64,000 nucleotides of DNA from Micrococcus sp. (GCF_034179925.1 NZ_JAXFPG010000047.1:6487-70486); one strand, 5' to 3'. Positions 19,062 to 31,026 are shown, counted from the stretch's first letter. Made by a program: numbers and translations. Notes: generated by a model from the letters alone, not told the origin.

Positions 19062-19469
19062 ATGGCGGAGACCAGCACGGAGCACAGCAGGACCGAGGGC
19101 GAGCAGGGCGGGGCCGAGGACACCTCGTCCTCCGAGCCCGAGCGCGCCGGCTCCCAGGCCTGGCCCTACGCCGTGGCCGCCCTCCTCTACCTCGTGCTGC
19201 CCCTGCTGCTGGGAACCCTGGCCGCCCCGGCCACCGCCACCGTGCTGCTGCTGGTCGTGCTGATCGGCGGACCCCTCGTGCTCGGGGCGCTGGACGCCGT
19301 CGTGTACCGGCCGGCCTGGACGTTCGCCGTGCTCACCGGCCTGTTCGCCCTCGTGGGCCTGTGGATCTACACCAACCCGGGCACGTGGATCTACGCGATC
19401 GGCGTGGTGCTGCTGACCCGGCTCTCCGGTGCGATCGCCGGCGCCCTCCGCCCGGCCCGGAACCGCTGA
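19062..19469 (+). CDS. Small multi-TM membrane protein
   Basis: Four hydrophobic segments. Confidence 0.65.
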   Translation: MAETSTEHSRTEGEQGGAEDTSSSEPERAGSQAWPYAVAALLYLVLPLLLGTLAAPATATVLLLVVLIGGPLVLGALDAVVYRPAWTFAVLTGLFALVGLWIYTNPGTWIYAIGVVLLTRLSGAIAGALRPARNR

Positions 19470-19472
19470 CCC

Positions 19473-21693
<2,221 letters not shown>

Positions 21694-21814
21694 GAGGTGC
21701 TGAGGGTGACACACCCCTCGCCCATCACAGTCGCCCCGCATGTCCCTCTCACTCGCCTCATCTCAACCCACCCATTCCCACCCCTACTCGCCCCACCCGC
21801 TCGCACTCACCACA

Positions 21815-21881
21815 TCCCGCGAACCAGAGAGTACGGCTGGGAATCCCCGCAGATTCCAGCCGTACTCTCTGGTTCGCGGGA
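21815..21881. repeat. REP-like palindrome, family B copy 1
   Basis: TCCCGCGAACCAGAGAGTACGGCTGG/CCAGCCGTACTCTCTGGTTCGCGGGA, perfect 26-bp stem. Confidence 0.88.
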
Positions 21882-22134
21882 GAGGGGTGGGCCGATGCAC
21901 GCATGGTGTGCGTAGCGCGTGCAGGGAAGAGGAAGAGAAGGAGTGCTTGCGCGTTCCTCTTGCCCCATCGCACCTCACCGCCCCCGCACCTCGCCCCCCT
22001 CGCCATCCCTTTCCCCCACCACCCCGCACCCCCACCCACCTTCACCCCTGCACAGGCCGCCCCAACACCTCGCCCCTCCACAGTTCCGCGCTCCCCCGCA
22101 GCGCCGCACCGGTCCACGCCGCCACGCTGGGGTC

Positions 22135-23073
22135 ATGCCCTCCTCACCCGGCCCCTTGGACGCTCTGCCGCCGCTGTTCACCGTCGCGCAGGCCCGGGAC
22201 CTCGGCGTGTCCCGCGGGCGGCTACGCGGCCGTCACGTGCAGGCACCCGCCCACGGTCTGCGGGTTCGGACCGGCGGGGCCGTCGGACTCCCCGACCTCG
22301 TGCGGGCGCTGCAGTCCCGGGCACCCGGAACCGTCGCCTCCCACACGACAGCCGCGCAACTCTGGGGCATCTGGCTCCCCCGCGAACTCGAGGGCGGCCC
22401 CATCCACCTCTCCCGCCCACGTCAGGCGGGCGGCGCACCCCGGCGCCGCGGCGTCGTCGGGCATGAGATGGATCCGCGTGCGGCCGTCGTGGTGCACCGC
22501 GGCATCCCCCTCACGACGCCGGCCGCCACCTGGGCGGCGCTGGCAGCGGGTGGCCTGGGGCTGGACGACCTCGTGGCCGCCGGGGACAGCCTGCTGCAGC
22601 GGTACGACGGCCCCGCCGGACAGCGGGAGCCCGGTGCTCACCCCCGCTGCACGGTCGAGGAGCTGCGGGCTCTCGTCGAGGAGGCCCGGGGACGCCGCGG
22701 TGCCCGGCGTCTGCGGGAGGCCCTCGACCTCCTCCGCCCCGGTGCGGACTCCCGCCCGGAGACCCTGGTGCGCCTCGCCGTCGTGCAGGCCGGGTTCCCG
22801 GAGCCCGCGGTGAACCCCCTCGTGCGACTGTCTGACGGGTCCTGCATGCCGGTGGATCTGGTGTGGGAGCGGGAGAGGGTCTGCATCCAGTACGAGGGCG
22901 ACCACCATCGCACCGACCCGCGTCAGTGGCGGCGGGACATCGAGCGGGACCGCCGCATGCAGGCCGAGGGGTGGATAGTGCTGCGGGTCACCGCGAGCGT
23001 GCTGGGGCCGGTGGGGCTGGCGCGACTGGTCGATGACCTCGCCCAGTATCTGCCGCGAGCGCTCGACACCTGA
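22135..23073 (+). CDS. AbiEi-like N-terminus + DUF559/Vsr-type PD-(D/E)xK endonuclease
   Basis: ASHTTAAQLWG, DSRPETLVRL, VDLVW...CIQYEGDHH and RDIERDRRMQAEGWIVLRVT; CACGCT 6 nt before the ATG. Confidence 0.8.
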   Translation: MPSSPGPLDALPPLFTVAQARDLGVSRGRLRGRHVQAPAHGLRVRTGGAVGLPDLVRALQSRAPGTVASHTTAAQLWGIWLPRELEGGPIHLSRPRQAGGAPRRRGVVGHEMDPRAAVVVHRGIPLTTPAATWAALAAGGLGLDDLVAAGDSLLQRYDGPAGQREPGAHPRCTVEELRALVEEARGRRGARRLREALDLLRPGADSRPETLVRLAVVQAGFPEPAVNPLVRLSDGSCMPVDLVWERERVCIQYEGDHHRTDPRQWRRDIERDRRMQAEGWIVLRVTASVLGPVGLARLVDDLAQYLPRALDT

Positions 23074-23146
23074 GCCGCGCCCCCACGCTCATCCCACGCA
23101 CGCCCCGCGCACTCATGCCCCCGCTCCCACACGCCCCCATCTCCCT

Positions 23147-23207
23147 CGCGAACCCGAGAGTACGGCTGGAAATCCGCGAAGAATCCAGCCGTACTCTCTG
23201 GTTCGCG
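23147..23207. repeat. REP-like palindrome, family B copy 2
   Basis: CGCGAACCCGAGAGTACGGCTGGA/TCCAGCCGTACTCTCTGGTTCGCG, 24-bp stem with one mismatch. Confidence 0.88.
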
Positions 23208-23337
23208 GGATGAGGGCGGAGTGGGAGAGAGGGGTGGGGAGGGGGCGAGCGCGAGGGGTGGGGTGGGGTGGGAAGGTCAGGCGAGGGATGGGTGGGTGAT
23301 CAGGCGAGGGGTGGGCGCGCTCGGCAGGGGGCGGAGG

Positions 23338-23661
23338 TCAGTCGATCTGCAGCTCGCCCATCGGGCCGAAGCCCTCGGCGTCGACCTGCTCGGAGATGAT
23401 CTGCGGGGTCCGCGCGAGCAGCGGGCGCATGGCCTCCAGGCCCTCTTGGAAGTGTGGGGAGGCCACATGGGCCTCGGCGCCGGAGTCGGTGAAGCCCTCG
23501 ATGAGCAGGAACTCGTTGTCCGTGCCGTCCACGGGGCGGTACCACTCGAAGAAGAGGTTGCCCTCCTCGCCGCGCACGTCCGCGGTGTACGTCGCGACGG
23601 CGTCCATCCACTCGTCGGCGTGTTCGGGCTTCACGGTGAACTTGAGGTTGATGAGGATCAT
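23338..23661 (-). CDS. ABM-family (putative quinol) monooxygenase
   Basis: MILINLKFTVKPE...EEGNLFFEW...AHVASPHF. Confidence 0.8.
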   Translation of the reverse strand: MILINLKFTVKPEHADEWMDAVATYTADVRGEEGNLFFEWYRPVDGTDNEFLLIEGFTDSGAEAHVASPHFQEGLEAMRPLLARTPQIISEQVDAEGFGPMGELQID

Positions 23662-23793
23662 GTGGCCATGCTCGCACCGCGCCTGCGGCCGCGTCCTGCC
23701 CTGATGCGCGGTGCGATCAGCCCCAGGCCCATCACGACGGCGGCCCCGCACCGGCCGGTGTGACGCGCCGGGGCGCTCACTACGATGTCCCCC

Positions 23794-24627
23794 ATGAGCT
23801 CTCCGCAGACCTTCTCCGCCCCCGCGCTCGCCCTCACGATCGCCGGTTCCGAGGCGACCGGCGGCGCCGGTGCCCAGGCCGACCTCAAGACCTTCCAGGA
23901 GTTGGGCGTGCTCGGGATCGTGGCGCTGACGTGCATCGTCTCCTTCGATCCGAAGGACGGCTGGAACCACCGCTTCTTCCCCGTGCCCGCCGAGGTGCTC
24001 GAGGATCAGCTTGAGGCCGTGCAGGAGGACTACCGGGGCCGGCTGCGCACGGTGAAGCTCGGCATGCAGGGCTCCCCGGAGACGATCCGCACCACCGCCG
24101 CGGCGCTGCGCCGCCAGGAGTGGGACCACGTGGTGCTGGACCCGGTGCTGATCTGCAAGGGCCAGGAGGCCGGCCACGCACTGGACACGGACCAGGCGCT
24201 GAAGGCGGAGCTGTTGCCGCTGGCCACGTTCGTCACGCCCAACCACTTCGAGACCGAGCAGCTCTCCGGCATGGCCGTCCGCTCGGTGGAGGACCTCACG
24301 GCCGCCGCCCGCCGCATCCATGAGGTCTCCGGGGCGGCGGTGCTCGCCAAGGGTGGCATGCACTTGCCGGGCCCGGACGCGGTGGACGTGTTCGTGGACG
24401 CCGGCCACGAGGAGGTCCTGGCCGCCCCGAAGGTGGGTGAGGCGGGAGTCTCCGGGGCTGGCTGCTCGCTGGCGGCGGCGGTCACGGCGGAGCTGGCCAA
24501 GGGGGCCGAGCCCCTGGAGGCGGCGCGCCGGGCCAAGGGGTTCGTGGCGGCGGGCATCGCGCAGGCGGTGGAGGGGCGCACCCCGTTCGCGGCCCTGTGG
24601 CAGGGCGGTCTGCGCGCGCAGGGCTGA
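23794..24627 (+). CDS. Hydroxymethylpyrimidine/pyridoxal kinase (ThiD/PdxK family)
   Basis: LTIAGSEATGGAGAQADLKTF, VLDPV, TPNHFE and GAGCSLAAA motifs. Confidence 0.88.
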   Translation: MSSPQTFSAPALALTIAGSEATGGAGAQADLKTFQELGVLGIVALTCIVSFDPKDGWNHRFFPVPAEVLEDQLEAVQEDYRGRLRTVKLGMQGSPETIRTTAAALRRQEWDHVVLDPVLICKGQEAGHALDTDQALKAELLPLATFVTPNHFETEQLSGMAVRSVEDLTAAARRIHEVSGAAVLAKGGMHLPGPDAVDVFVDAGHEEVLAAPKVGEAGVSGAGCSLAAAVTAELAKGAEPLEAARRAKGFVAAGIAQAVEGRTPFAALWQGGLRAQG

Positions 24628-24709
24628 GCACGGGGCTGGGCACCGCGCACGACGGCGGCCGGGCCGCGGCGGTGGAGGCGCGTCCGGGCCGCATGCCAGC
24701 ATGGGAGGC

Positions 24710-25636
24710 ATGGAGACCCCCGCTGACGACGCCCTGACCTTCCGTCCCCGCGCCTGCGCCCCCGGTGGCCGTGTCTACGGGCTGGCGATGGCCGCCCTGT
24801 GGGCCGGGGTGGAGCTGCCGGACCCAAACGCCGGCTCCCCGGCACGCCGGCAGGACGTGCAGCGGCTGGTGGCGGCCGCGGGGGCGGTGTACGGCGGGGC
24901 GGAGCTGCGGGAGCAGCTGCGTCAGGCCCGGGTGGCCTCGGGCCGCGCACCCGGGTGGTGGGGCCGCCGGGGCCTGGACCTGGCCGGGCTGGCCGGGGGT
25001 GCCGCCACGGCGGGGCTGTCCCTCGCCGCCGCGCCGCTGAACCGCCGGGTGGATGCGTGGGCCGTCCGCGCCCTCGCCCGGCTGGGGGTGCCGCGCCCGC
25101 GGTGGGCCCTCGCGGGGGCGAGCGCGCTGCTCATGCTGGCCGCCAACGCTTCCACCCGGGCCGGGGCGCGGCAGGCCGCCGTCGTCGCCGCGCTCACGGG
25201 CCCGGAGGCGGAGGGCACCCTGGAGCTCATGGAGGTGCCCGCGGACGCCCGGGCCGTGATCGCCGCCCTCCTGGACCCCTCCCGTCCGGGGGCGCGGCAC
25301 CTGCCGGGCGGGGCGGAGCTGCGGGGCCAGCTGCCGCATCTGCGCGCCGTGGAGGACAGGCCGGGGGTGACGTTCACGGACTGGCTGGCGCTCGTCGTCG
25401 ACGAGGACGCACCGGTGGAGCGAGCCGTGCCGCACGACTTCACCTGGCCGGTGCGGGCCCGGTTCGTCCATGAGGGGGAGCGGTTCGAGCTGACCCTGCG
25501 CGTGGTGGACGGCGAGCTCGGCGCCCTCGCCCTGGAGCCGCTGGACCCGGCCCGGGACGAGGCATGGGAGGCTCGGGGCACGATCGACCGCTGGCCCACG
25601 ACGGCGGAGCTCACCTGGACGGTGGACGCCCCCTGA
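24710..25636 (+). CDS. Hypothetical protein with central TM segments
   Basis: GC3-rich ORF, leaderless-type start; no family recognised. Confidence 0.55.
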   Translation: METPADDALTFRPRACAPGGRVYGLAMAALWAGVELPDPNAGSPARRQDVQRLVAAAGAVYGGAELREQLRQARVASGRAPGWWGRRGLDLAGLAGGAATAGLSLAAAPLNRRVDAWAVRALARLGVPRPRWALAGASALLMLAANASTRAGARQAAVVAALTGPEAEGTLELMEVPADARAVIAALLDPSRPGARHLPGGAELRGQLPHLRAVEDRPGVTFTDWLALVVDEDAPVERAVPHDFTWPVRARFVHEGERFELTLRVVDGELGALALEPLDPARDEAWEARGTIDRWPTTAELTWTVDAP

Positions 25637-25838
25637 TCCAGGGGCCGGGCAGCGCCGGCGCACGCCGTCACGACAGAAACGCGTCATGCGGCGTTCATGA
25701 ACCGGCCCTCGGCTTTAATGGAGGGCATTCAGCCGATCAGGTGGCAGTGTCCGCCGGTCGCCCGGTCAACGGTGATGCGGATCCGACCGGTGGGCCGCAG
25801 CGCCTGCGGCGCCCTCGCCCTCGCACCGGGAGGTCCTC

Positions 25839-26615
25839 ATGCCCGTCCCTGCCCTCACCGGCACCGTCGATCCCAGCTCGACGGACATCCTCGCCCTCGC
25901 CAACCACCCCCTGCTCTGGCTGTTCGCCCTCGGGGTCTTCGCGATCATCCTGGTCCAGTCCTTCCTGTACGTGCGCGCCGCCCGCCGGGCCGCCCCGGAC
26001 CTGGACATCCCCGCCTCCGAGCTGCGGACCGCGTTCCGCTCGGGTGCGATCGCCTCCGTCGGCCCGTCGCTGGCCGTCGTCATCGTGGCGATCTCCCTGC
26101 TCGCCCTGTTCGGCACCCCCGCGGTGCTCGTGCGCATCGGCCTGATCGGCTCCGCCGCGTTCGAGACGGGCGCGGCCCGGATCGCCGCCGGGTCCGCGGG
26201 TGCCCCGCTCGGCGGGCCCGGCTACGACCAGCACATGTTCGCGCTCGCGTTCATCACCATGTCCCTGGGCGGGGCCGGCTGGATCCTCGCCACCCTGATC
26301 TTCACCCCCCTGCTGCGCCGCGGTTCCGCGAAGCTCTCCGAGGTCAACCCCGTGGTGCTCACTGTGATCCCGGCCGCGGCCGTGCTCGGCGCCTTCGCGG
26401 GCCTCACCTTCGGTGAGCTCGCCAAGCAGAACCCGGGCACGCCCGTCGTGTGGATCACCACCGCCGTGTCCGCAGGGGTGATGCTCCTGCTGCTCCTGAC
26501 CGCCAGGACGCTCCGGGCCGACTGGCTCAAGGAGTGGGCCCTCGGCATCTCGATCCTCGTGGGGCTGGCCGCGGCGTACTTCGCGCACGTCGCCCTGGTC
26601 GCCCCGGCCGCCTGA
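25839..26615 (+). CDS. DUF5058-like membrane protein
   Basis: RBS GGAGG; SVGPSLAVVI, RIGLIGSAAFE and C-terminal WLKEWALGISIL. Confidence 0.7.
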   Translation: MPVPALTGTVDPSSTDILALANHPLLWLFALGVFAIILVQSFLYVRAARRAAPDLDIPASELRTAFRSGAIASVGPSLAVVIVAISLLALFGTPAVLVRIGLIGSAAFETGAARIAAGSAGAPLGGPGYDQHMFALAFITMSLGGAGWILATLIFTPLLRRGSAKLSEVNPVVLTVIPAAAVLGAFAGLTFGELAKQNPGTPVVWITTAVSAGVMLLLLLTARTLRADWLKEWALGISILVGLAAAYFAHVALVAPAA

Positions 26616-26662
26616 GGCGAGCCTCCTCCCCCGCACCCCGCCGCACCCCAGGAGCCCTCCCC

Positions 26663-27421
26663 ATGAGCACCACTGCCCCCGCCGCCCGTCCCAGCGCCGC
26701 CCACCAGGCCGCCCTCACCGGCTTCGTCCGCAGCACCTCCCGCACCGGCATGTGGACCATGCTGGCCGGGCTGGCCCTGTCCCTGGCCGGGCCCGCCTGG
26801 CTCTTCTTCTTCACCGACCTCGGCGTCACCGCCCAGCAGGTCCTCACCGCCTGGATCCTCGTGGCCACCACCTTCGGTGTCCTGTGGGTCGTGGAGCCGA
26901 TCGCCTACTTCCCCGTCCTGGGCTCCTCCGCGATGTACCAGGCGTTCCTGATCGGCAACATCTCCTCCAAGCTCCTGCCGGCCGCCGTCGTCGCCCAGGA
27001 CGCCGTCCGGGCCAGGCCCGGCACGGCCCGGGGGGACGTCGCCGCCGTCATGGCGATCTGCGGCGCCGCCACCGTCCACCTGATCAGCCTGTTCACGTTC
27101 GTGGGACTGCTGGGCACCTGGCTGGTCTCGTTCCTGCCGCAGGACGTCATGCTCGTGGTGGGCACGTACATCCTGCCGGCGGTGCTCGGCGCCGTGACCG
27201 TGCAGGCCATCTGGTCCTACCGGGCCGCGCGCACCACCGTCACCGCGCTGGCCGTGGGTGCCGCCATCGCCTTCCTCGTGGTGCCGGCGCTCGCGCCCCT
27301 GTGGACGCCGTTGTCCTTCCTGGGCACGCCCCTGACGGTGATCCTCACCGTGGTGATCGCCTACCTCGTCCGCCCGAAGGCCACACCCTCCGCGGCCGAG
27401 GCCAGCGAGCTGCACTACTGA
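26663..27421 (+). CDS. Membrane protein, partner of the DUF5058-like gene
   Basis: Multi-TM; VEPIAYFPVLG..AMYQAFLIGNISSKLLP. Confidence 0.68.
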   Translation: MSTTAPAARPSAAHQAALTGFVRSTSRTGMWTMLAGLALSLAGPAWLFFFTDLGVTAQQVLTAWILVATTFGVLWVVEPIAYFPVLGSSAMYQAFLIGNISSKLLPAAVVAQDAVRARPGTARGDVAAVMAICGAATVHLISLFTFVGLLGTWLVSFLPQDVMLVVGTYILPAVLGAVTVQAIWSYRAARTTVTALAVGAAIAFLVVPALAPLWTPLSFLGTPLTVILTVVIAYLVRPKATPSAAEASELHY

Positions 27422-27455
27422 CCCGACCGTCGACCGAACCGACCCTGAGGACACG

Positions 27456-28706
27456 ATGACCGACGTCCGCACCGCCCCCACCCCCCTGCCCGAGTCCCTC
27501 CGCCTGGACGAGGAGCTCACGCAGACCCTGCACGAGGAGTACGTGCACCTGCACCGCAACCCCGAGCTGTCCATGCAGGAGCACCGCACGGCCGAGTGGA
27601 TCGAGGCCCGCCTGGACGAGCTCGGAATCGGGCACGAGCGGGTGGCCGGCACCGGCGTCGTGGGTGTGCTGCGCCACCCGGAGGGCGTGGCCGGGCCCAC
27701 CGTGGCCTACCGCGCGGACTCGGACGGCCTGCCCGTGCAGGAGGACTCCGGCCTGGAGTACGCCTCCACGGCCCGCGGCACCCTGCCGGACGGCACCGAG
27801 GTGCCGGTGATGCACGCCTGCGGCCACGACACGCACGTGGCCATGGGCCTGAGCGCGGCCCGCGTGCTCGCCCGCCACCCCGAGGCCTGGGGCGGCACCG
27901 TGGTGTTCGTGTTCCAGCCCGGGGAGGAGACCGCCGCCGGCGCCCAGGCGATGCTCGACGACGGCCTCTGGGACCGTGTGCCGCGCCCCGAGGCCGTGAT
28001 CGGCCAGCATGTGATGCCCGCGAAGGCCGGCACCGTGCACTACGCGCCCGGGGACGCCATGTGCCTGGCGGACTCGTTCAAGGTGACGTTCACCGGCAAG
28101 GGTGCCCACGGCTCCATGCCGGAGCGCTCGATCGACCCGATCCTGCTGGCCGCCCACGCCGTGACCCGCCTGCAGGGGATCGTGGCCCGTGAGGTGGCGC
28201 CCGCGGACCGTGCGGTGGTGACGGTGGGGACCTTCCATGCGGGGGTGAAGGAGAACGTCATCCCGGACACCGCGGAGATCGCGTTGAACGTGCGCACCCC
28301 CACCCCGGAGGTCCGGGAGAAGGTCACCGCGGCCATCCACCGGGTCCTCGCGGCCGAGGCGCTGGCCTCCGGGGCGCCGGAGCCGGCGGTGGAGCGGTAC
28401 AACTCGTTCCCGCGCATGCACAACGACGCCGAGCTCACCCCCGCGGTGATGGCCTCGATCGCTGCCACCCTGGGTGAGGACGCGGTGCAGCAGATGGCCC
28501 CGCTGATGGGCTCGGAGGACGTGGGCGCCCTGGCCGACGCGCTCGGGGTGCCCCTGGTGTACTGGTTCCTGGGGGGATTCGCGGGCGAGAGCTTCGCGGA
28601 CAACCCTGCGAACCACACCCCGCAGTTCGCCCCGCTCATGGAGCCGACGCTCACCGCCGGCGTCCATGCGGCCCTGGCGGGCCTGCTGCACTTCGTGGGC
28701 CGCTGA
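27456..28706 (+). CDS. M20D amidohydrolase (hippurate-hydrolase-like)
   Basis: HLHRNPELSMQE, MHACGHD, FQPGEE, GKGAHGS and GSED motifs. Confidence 0.9.
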   Translation: MTDVRTAPTPLPESLRLDEELTQTLHEEYVHLHRNPELSMQEHRTAEWIEARLDELGIGHERVAGTGVVGVLRHPEGVAGPTVAYRADSDGLPVQEDSGLEYASTARGTLPDGTEVPVMHACGHDTHVAMGLSAARVLARHPEAWGGTVVFVFQPGEETAAGAQAMLDDGLWDRVPRPEAVIGQHVMPAKAGTVHYAPGDAMCLADSFKVTFTGKGAHGSMPERSIDPILLAAHAVTRLQGIVAREVAPADRAVVTVGTFHAGVKENVIPDTAEIALNVRTPTPEVREKVTAAIHRVLAAEALASGAPEPAVERYNSFPRMHNDAELTPAVMASIAATLGEDAVQQMAPLMGSEDVGALADALGVPLVYWFLGGFAGESFADNPANHTPQFAPLMEPTLTAGVHAALAGLLHFVGR

Positions 28707-28815
28707 CTAGACTGGGCCCGCCCCGTCGGCCGCGTGCCTCGTATCCCAGTGCCTGAGTGCTGAGTGCCGTGGCCTGCCGGAGCGTCCCCCCGCCCTCACT
28801 CCTCGGAGAAGCCCC

Positions 28816-29286
28816 ATGACGACCCCCGCCCCGGTCACCTCCACCGCCCGCGCCCGACGCCGGGCCGCCCGGGCCGACGCCGGCCCCCGGCCCCGCCTGC
28901 AGATGGGGGTGGACGGCTTCCTGGTGGCGTGGCTGCTGCCGAACCTGGTGATGGCGGCGGCGGTGGCGGGACTGTCCTTCCTGCCCACGCTGCAGCAGCT
29001 CGGCAGCCTCACCCCCCTGCTGACGGTGGTGGGGGTGGCCGGGCTGGTGGTGGGTCTGCCGCTGTGCCTGCTGGCGAACCACGCCTTCCGGCATGTGCTC
29101 AACCAGTGGGTGCATGTGCTCGCCTATGCGCTGGTCGGCATGCTGTACGGCCTCGTGGTGCTCACCCAGGGTGCCGGCGGCATCCTGCCGATGCTCATCC
29201 CGGTGATCGGCTTCCCCGCGGCGCTCCTGATGGCCCTGGGGCGGTTGCTGGCCCGCCCGCTGGTGCGTGTGGTGGACGCCGCCTGA
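28816..29286 (+). CDS. Four-TM membrane protein
   Basis: Hydrophobic segments; RBS GGAG. Confidence 0.6.
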   Translation: MTTPAPVTSTARARRRAARADAGPRPRLQMGVDGFLVAWLLPNLVMAAAVAGLSFLPTLQQLGSLTPLLTVVGVAGLVVGLPLCLLANHAFRHVLNQWVHVLAYALVGMLYGLVVLTQGAGGILPMLIPVIGFPAALLMALGRLLARPLVRVVDAA

Positions 29287-29527
29287 GAGCTGCCCTCCGG
29301 GCACCCTCCTCCGGGCGGGTTTCCCCGGACACACCGAAGGACGGCGATCTGTGGATCACCGTCCTTCTCACTCGACTCGTGGCCGGGGCCCGCATCCCCT
29401 CAGGCATGTCTCCCGGCTCGCGAATCGGCTGTGTGCACCGTCTCTGGGCATCTCTGAGTCTAGAGATCCCCTCGGGGGAGCGACAGTGGACAAAAGTACC
29501 GTCCCACCACGCCAAATGTGACGCACC

Positions 29528-30685
29528 TCACATGTCGGACAGCGGCACCGTCGCCCTGACCTGCCAGACCCCATCCTCCGACGGCCCCACCTCGAGGGTC
29601 CCCCCGAACGCCTCGATCCGATCCCGCATGGACCGCAGACCCACCCCCGAGGAGTTCTCCTCGACCCTGCCTCCCCCATGCCCCTGGCCCGGCCCCTCGG
29701 CGGGCACCGTGTTGCACACCTCGAGGACCACCGCCTCCGGGGTCGTGGAGGCCCGCAGCCACGCCCGCTCCCCGGCACCGCCGTGCTTGGCCGCATTGGT
29801 CACCGCCTCCTGCATCACCCGGTAGAGCGCCGCGCGCACGCCCAGGTTCAGGGCCTCGGGCCCGAGGTCGACGTCGCAGCTCACCTCCATGCCCAGCAGG
29901 CGGAGGTCCTCGGCCATCCGCTCGGCGCCCTCACCCAGGCGAGCCACGGTGACGGCGTCGTCCGTCGTCCCTCCGCCGGGCACCGAACCCGACTCGACCA
30001 CGCCCTCCTGCTGGAGCACCGCGAGCATGCGGCGCAGATCCCGCAGGGCGTCCTGCGCGGAGTCTCCGACCACCCGGAGCACGTCCACCGCGGCCTCCGG
30101 GGAGCCCACGTACTGGGCGGTGCGCGCCTGCATCGAGATGATCGTGAGGTTGTGGGCCACGATGTCGTGCAGGTCGCGGGCGAGGATGCGGCGCTCCCGC
30201 TCCGCCGCTTCACGCGCCCGTCGCTCGGCGTCCCGGATGCGCGCGGCGTCGCGGGCCTGACGGAGGCGAGAGCCCCGCATGGTCGCCCCCACACCGAGAC
30301 CAGCCAGGGCGAACACCAGGGTGATCCAGAACATCCCCGCCTCGTCCCAGAGCACCGGCACCAGGCCCACCCAGAGCGCCGTGAACCCCAGCGCTGAGAA
30401 CAAGAAGGCCCGGCTCTGCGCCGTCGCGAACACCTGGGCCAGCAGGAACGGCAGCACCATGGACACCGTCAGCGGATCCACGGCGATGGCCCCGGAGAGG
30501 ACCCCCGCCACCACAAGCATCGCGAACCCGACGGTGGAACGCACCCACTGCCCCAGGAAGGCGGCCGTCGCCACAAGGACCACCGCAGCCTGCCCCAGGT
30601 CACCCTCGGACAGGAACGCCTGAACATCGGAGACTGCGGAGATGAGCAGGACGGCCGACCCCAGGAACAGGTAGATCCGGTTCAC
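29528..30685 (-). CDS. Sensor histidine kinase (HisKA_3 type)
   Basis: H-box ARDLHDIVAHNL, N-box QEAVTNAAKHG, G-box SGVGLRSMRDR; about 5 N-terminal TMs; start uncertain. Confidence 0.88.
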   Translation of the reverse strand: MNRIYLFLGSAVLLISAVSDVQAFLSEGDLGQAAVVLVATAAFLGQWVRSTVGFAMLVVAGVLSGAIAVDPLTVSMVLPFLLAQVFATAQSRAFLFSALGFTALWVGLVPVLWDEAGMFWITLVFALAGLGVGATMRGSRLRQARDAARIRDAERRAREAAERERRILARDLHDIVAHNLTIISMQARTAQYVGSPEAAVDVLRVVGDSAQDALRDLRRMLAVLQQEGVVESGSVPGGGTTDDAVTVARLGEGAERMAEDLRLLGMEVSCDVDLGPEALNLGVRAALYRVMQEAVTNAAKHGGAGERAWLRASTTPEAVVLEVCNTVPAEGPGQGHGGGRVEENSSGVGLRSMRDRIEAFGGTLEVGPSEDGVWQVRATVPLSDM

Positions 30686-30789
30686 CGCGCAGGCATCCCA
30701 GAAGCCCACCTCCCCCGGGGAGCGGCCATCCAGCGGGCACAGCAGCTCCCGGAACAGCGGCCCCCTGCCGGAAGAGCCCCCGGCACGGC

Positions 30790-31026
30790 TCAGCACAGCA
30801 GACCCCACCGCCTGCACAGTGCCGAACGCATGCCCGTGACCATCCCCGTCGGCGCGGCGACCCCCTCCCCCTCCTGCACCCACGGGTCCGCCATGGGCAG
30901 CGGTGCCACCACAGCACCCGAAGGGGGTTCGGCAGCCTGCTCGAGCGGGATGGCGACGGCGGCCGGCGCGCCCGCGAGCGCGGCGGCGCCGAGGAGCAGT
31001 GCGGCGGTGAGGCGGGGGATGACCAT
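30790..31026 (-). CDS. Small secreted peptide (78 aa) ending in C-x6-C
   Basis: Signal peptide MVIPRLTAALLLGAAALAGAPAAVA; C-terminus ALCRRWGLLC. Confidence 0.6.
   Translation of the reverse strand: MVIPRLTAALLLGAAALAGAPAAVAIPLEQAAEPPSGAVVAPLPMADPWVQEGEGVAAPTGMVTGMRSALCRRWGLLC

Noticed and set aside
29368-29451. 27-aa minus-strand ORF MPRDGAHSRF... in the convergent gap
   Set aside because: No well-spaced RBS and no coding-like codon bias.
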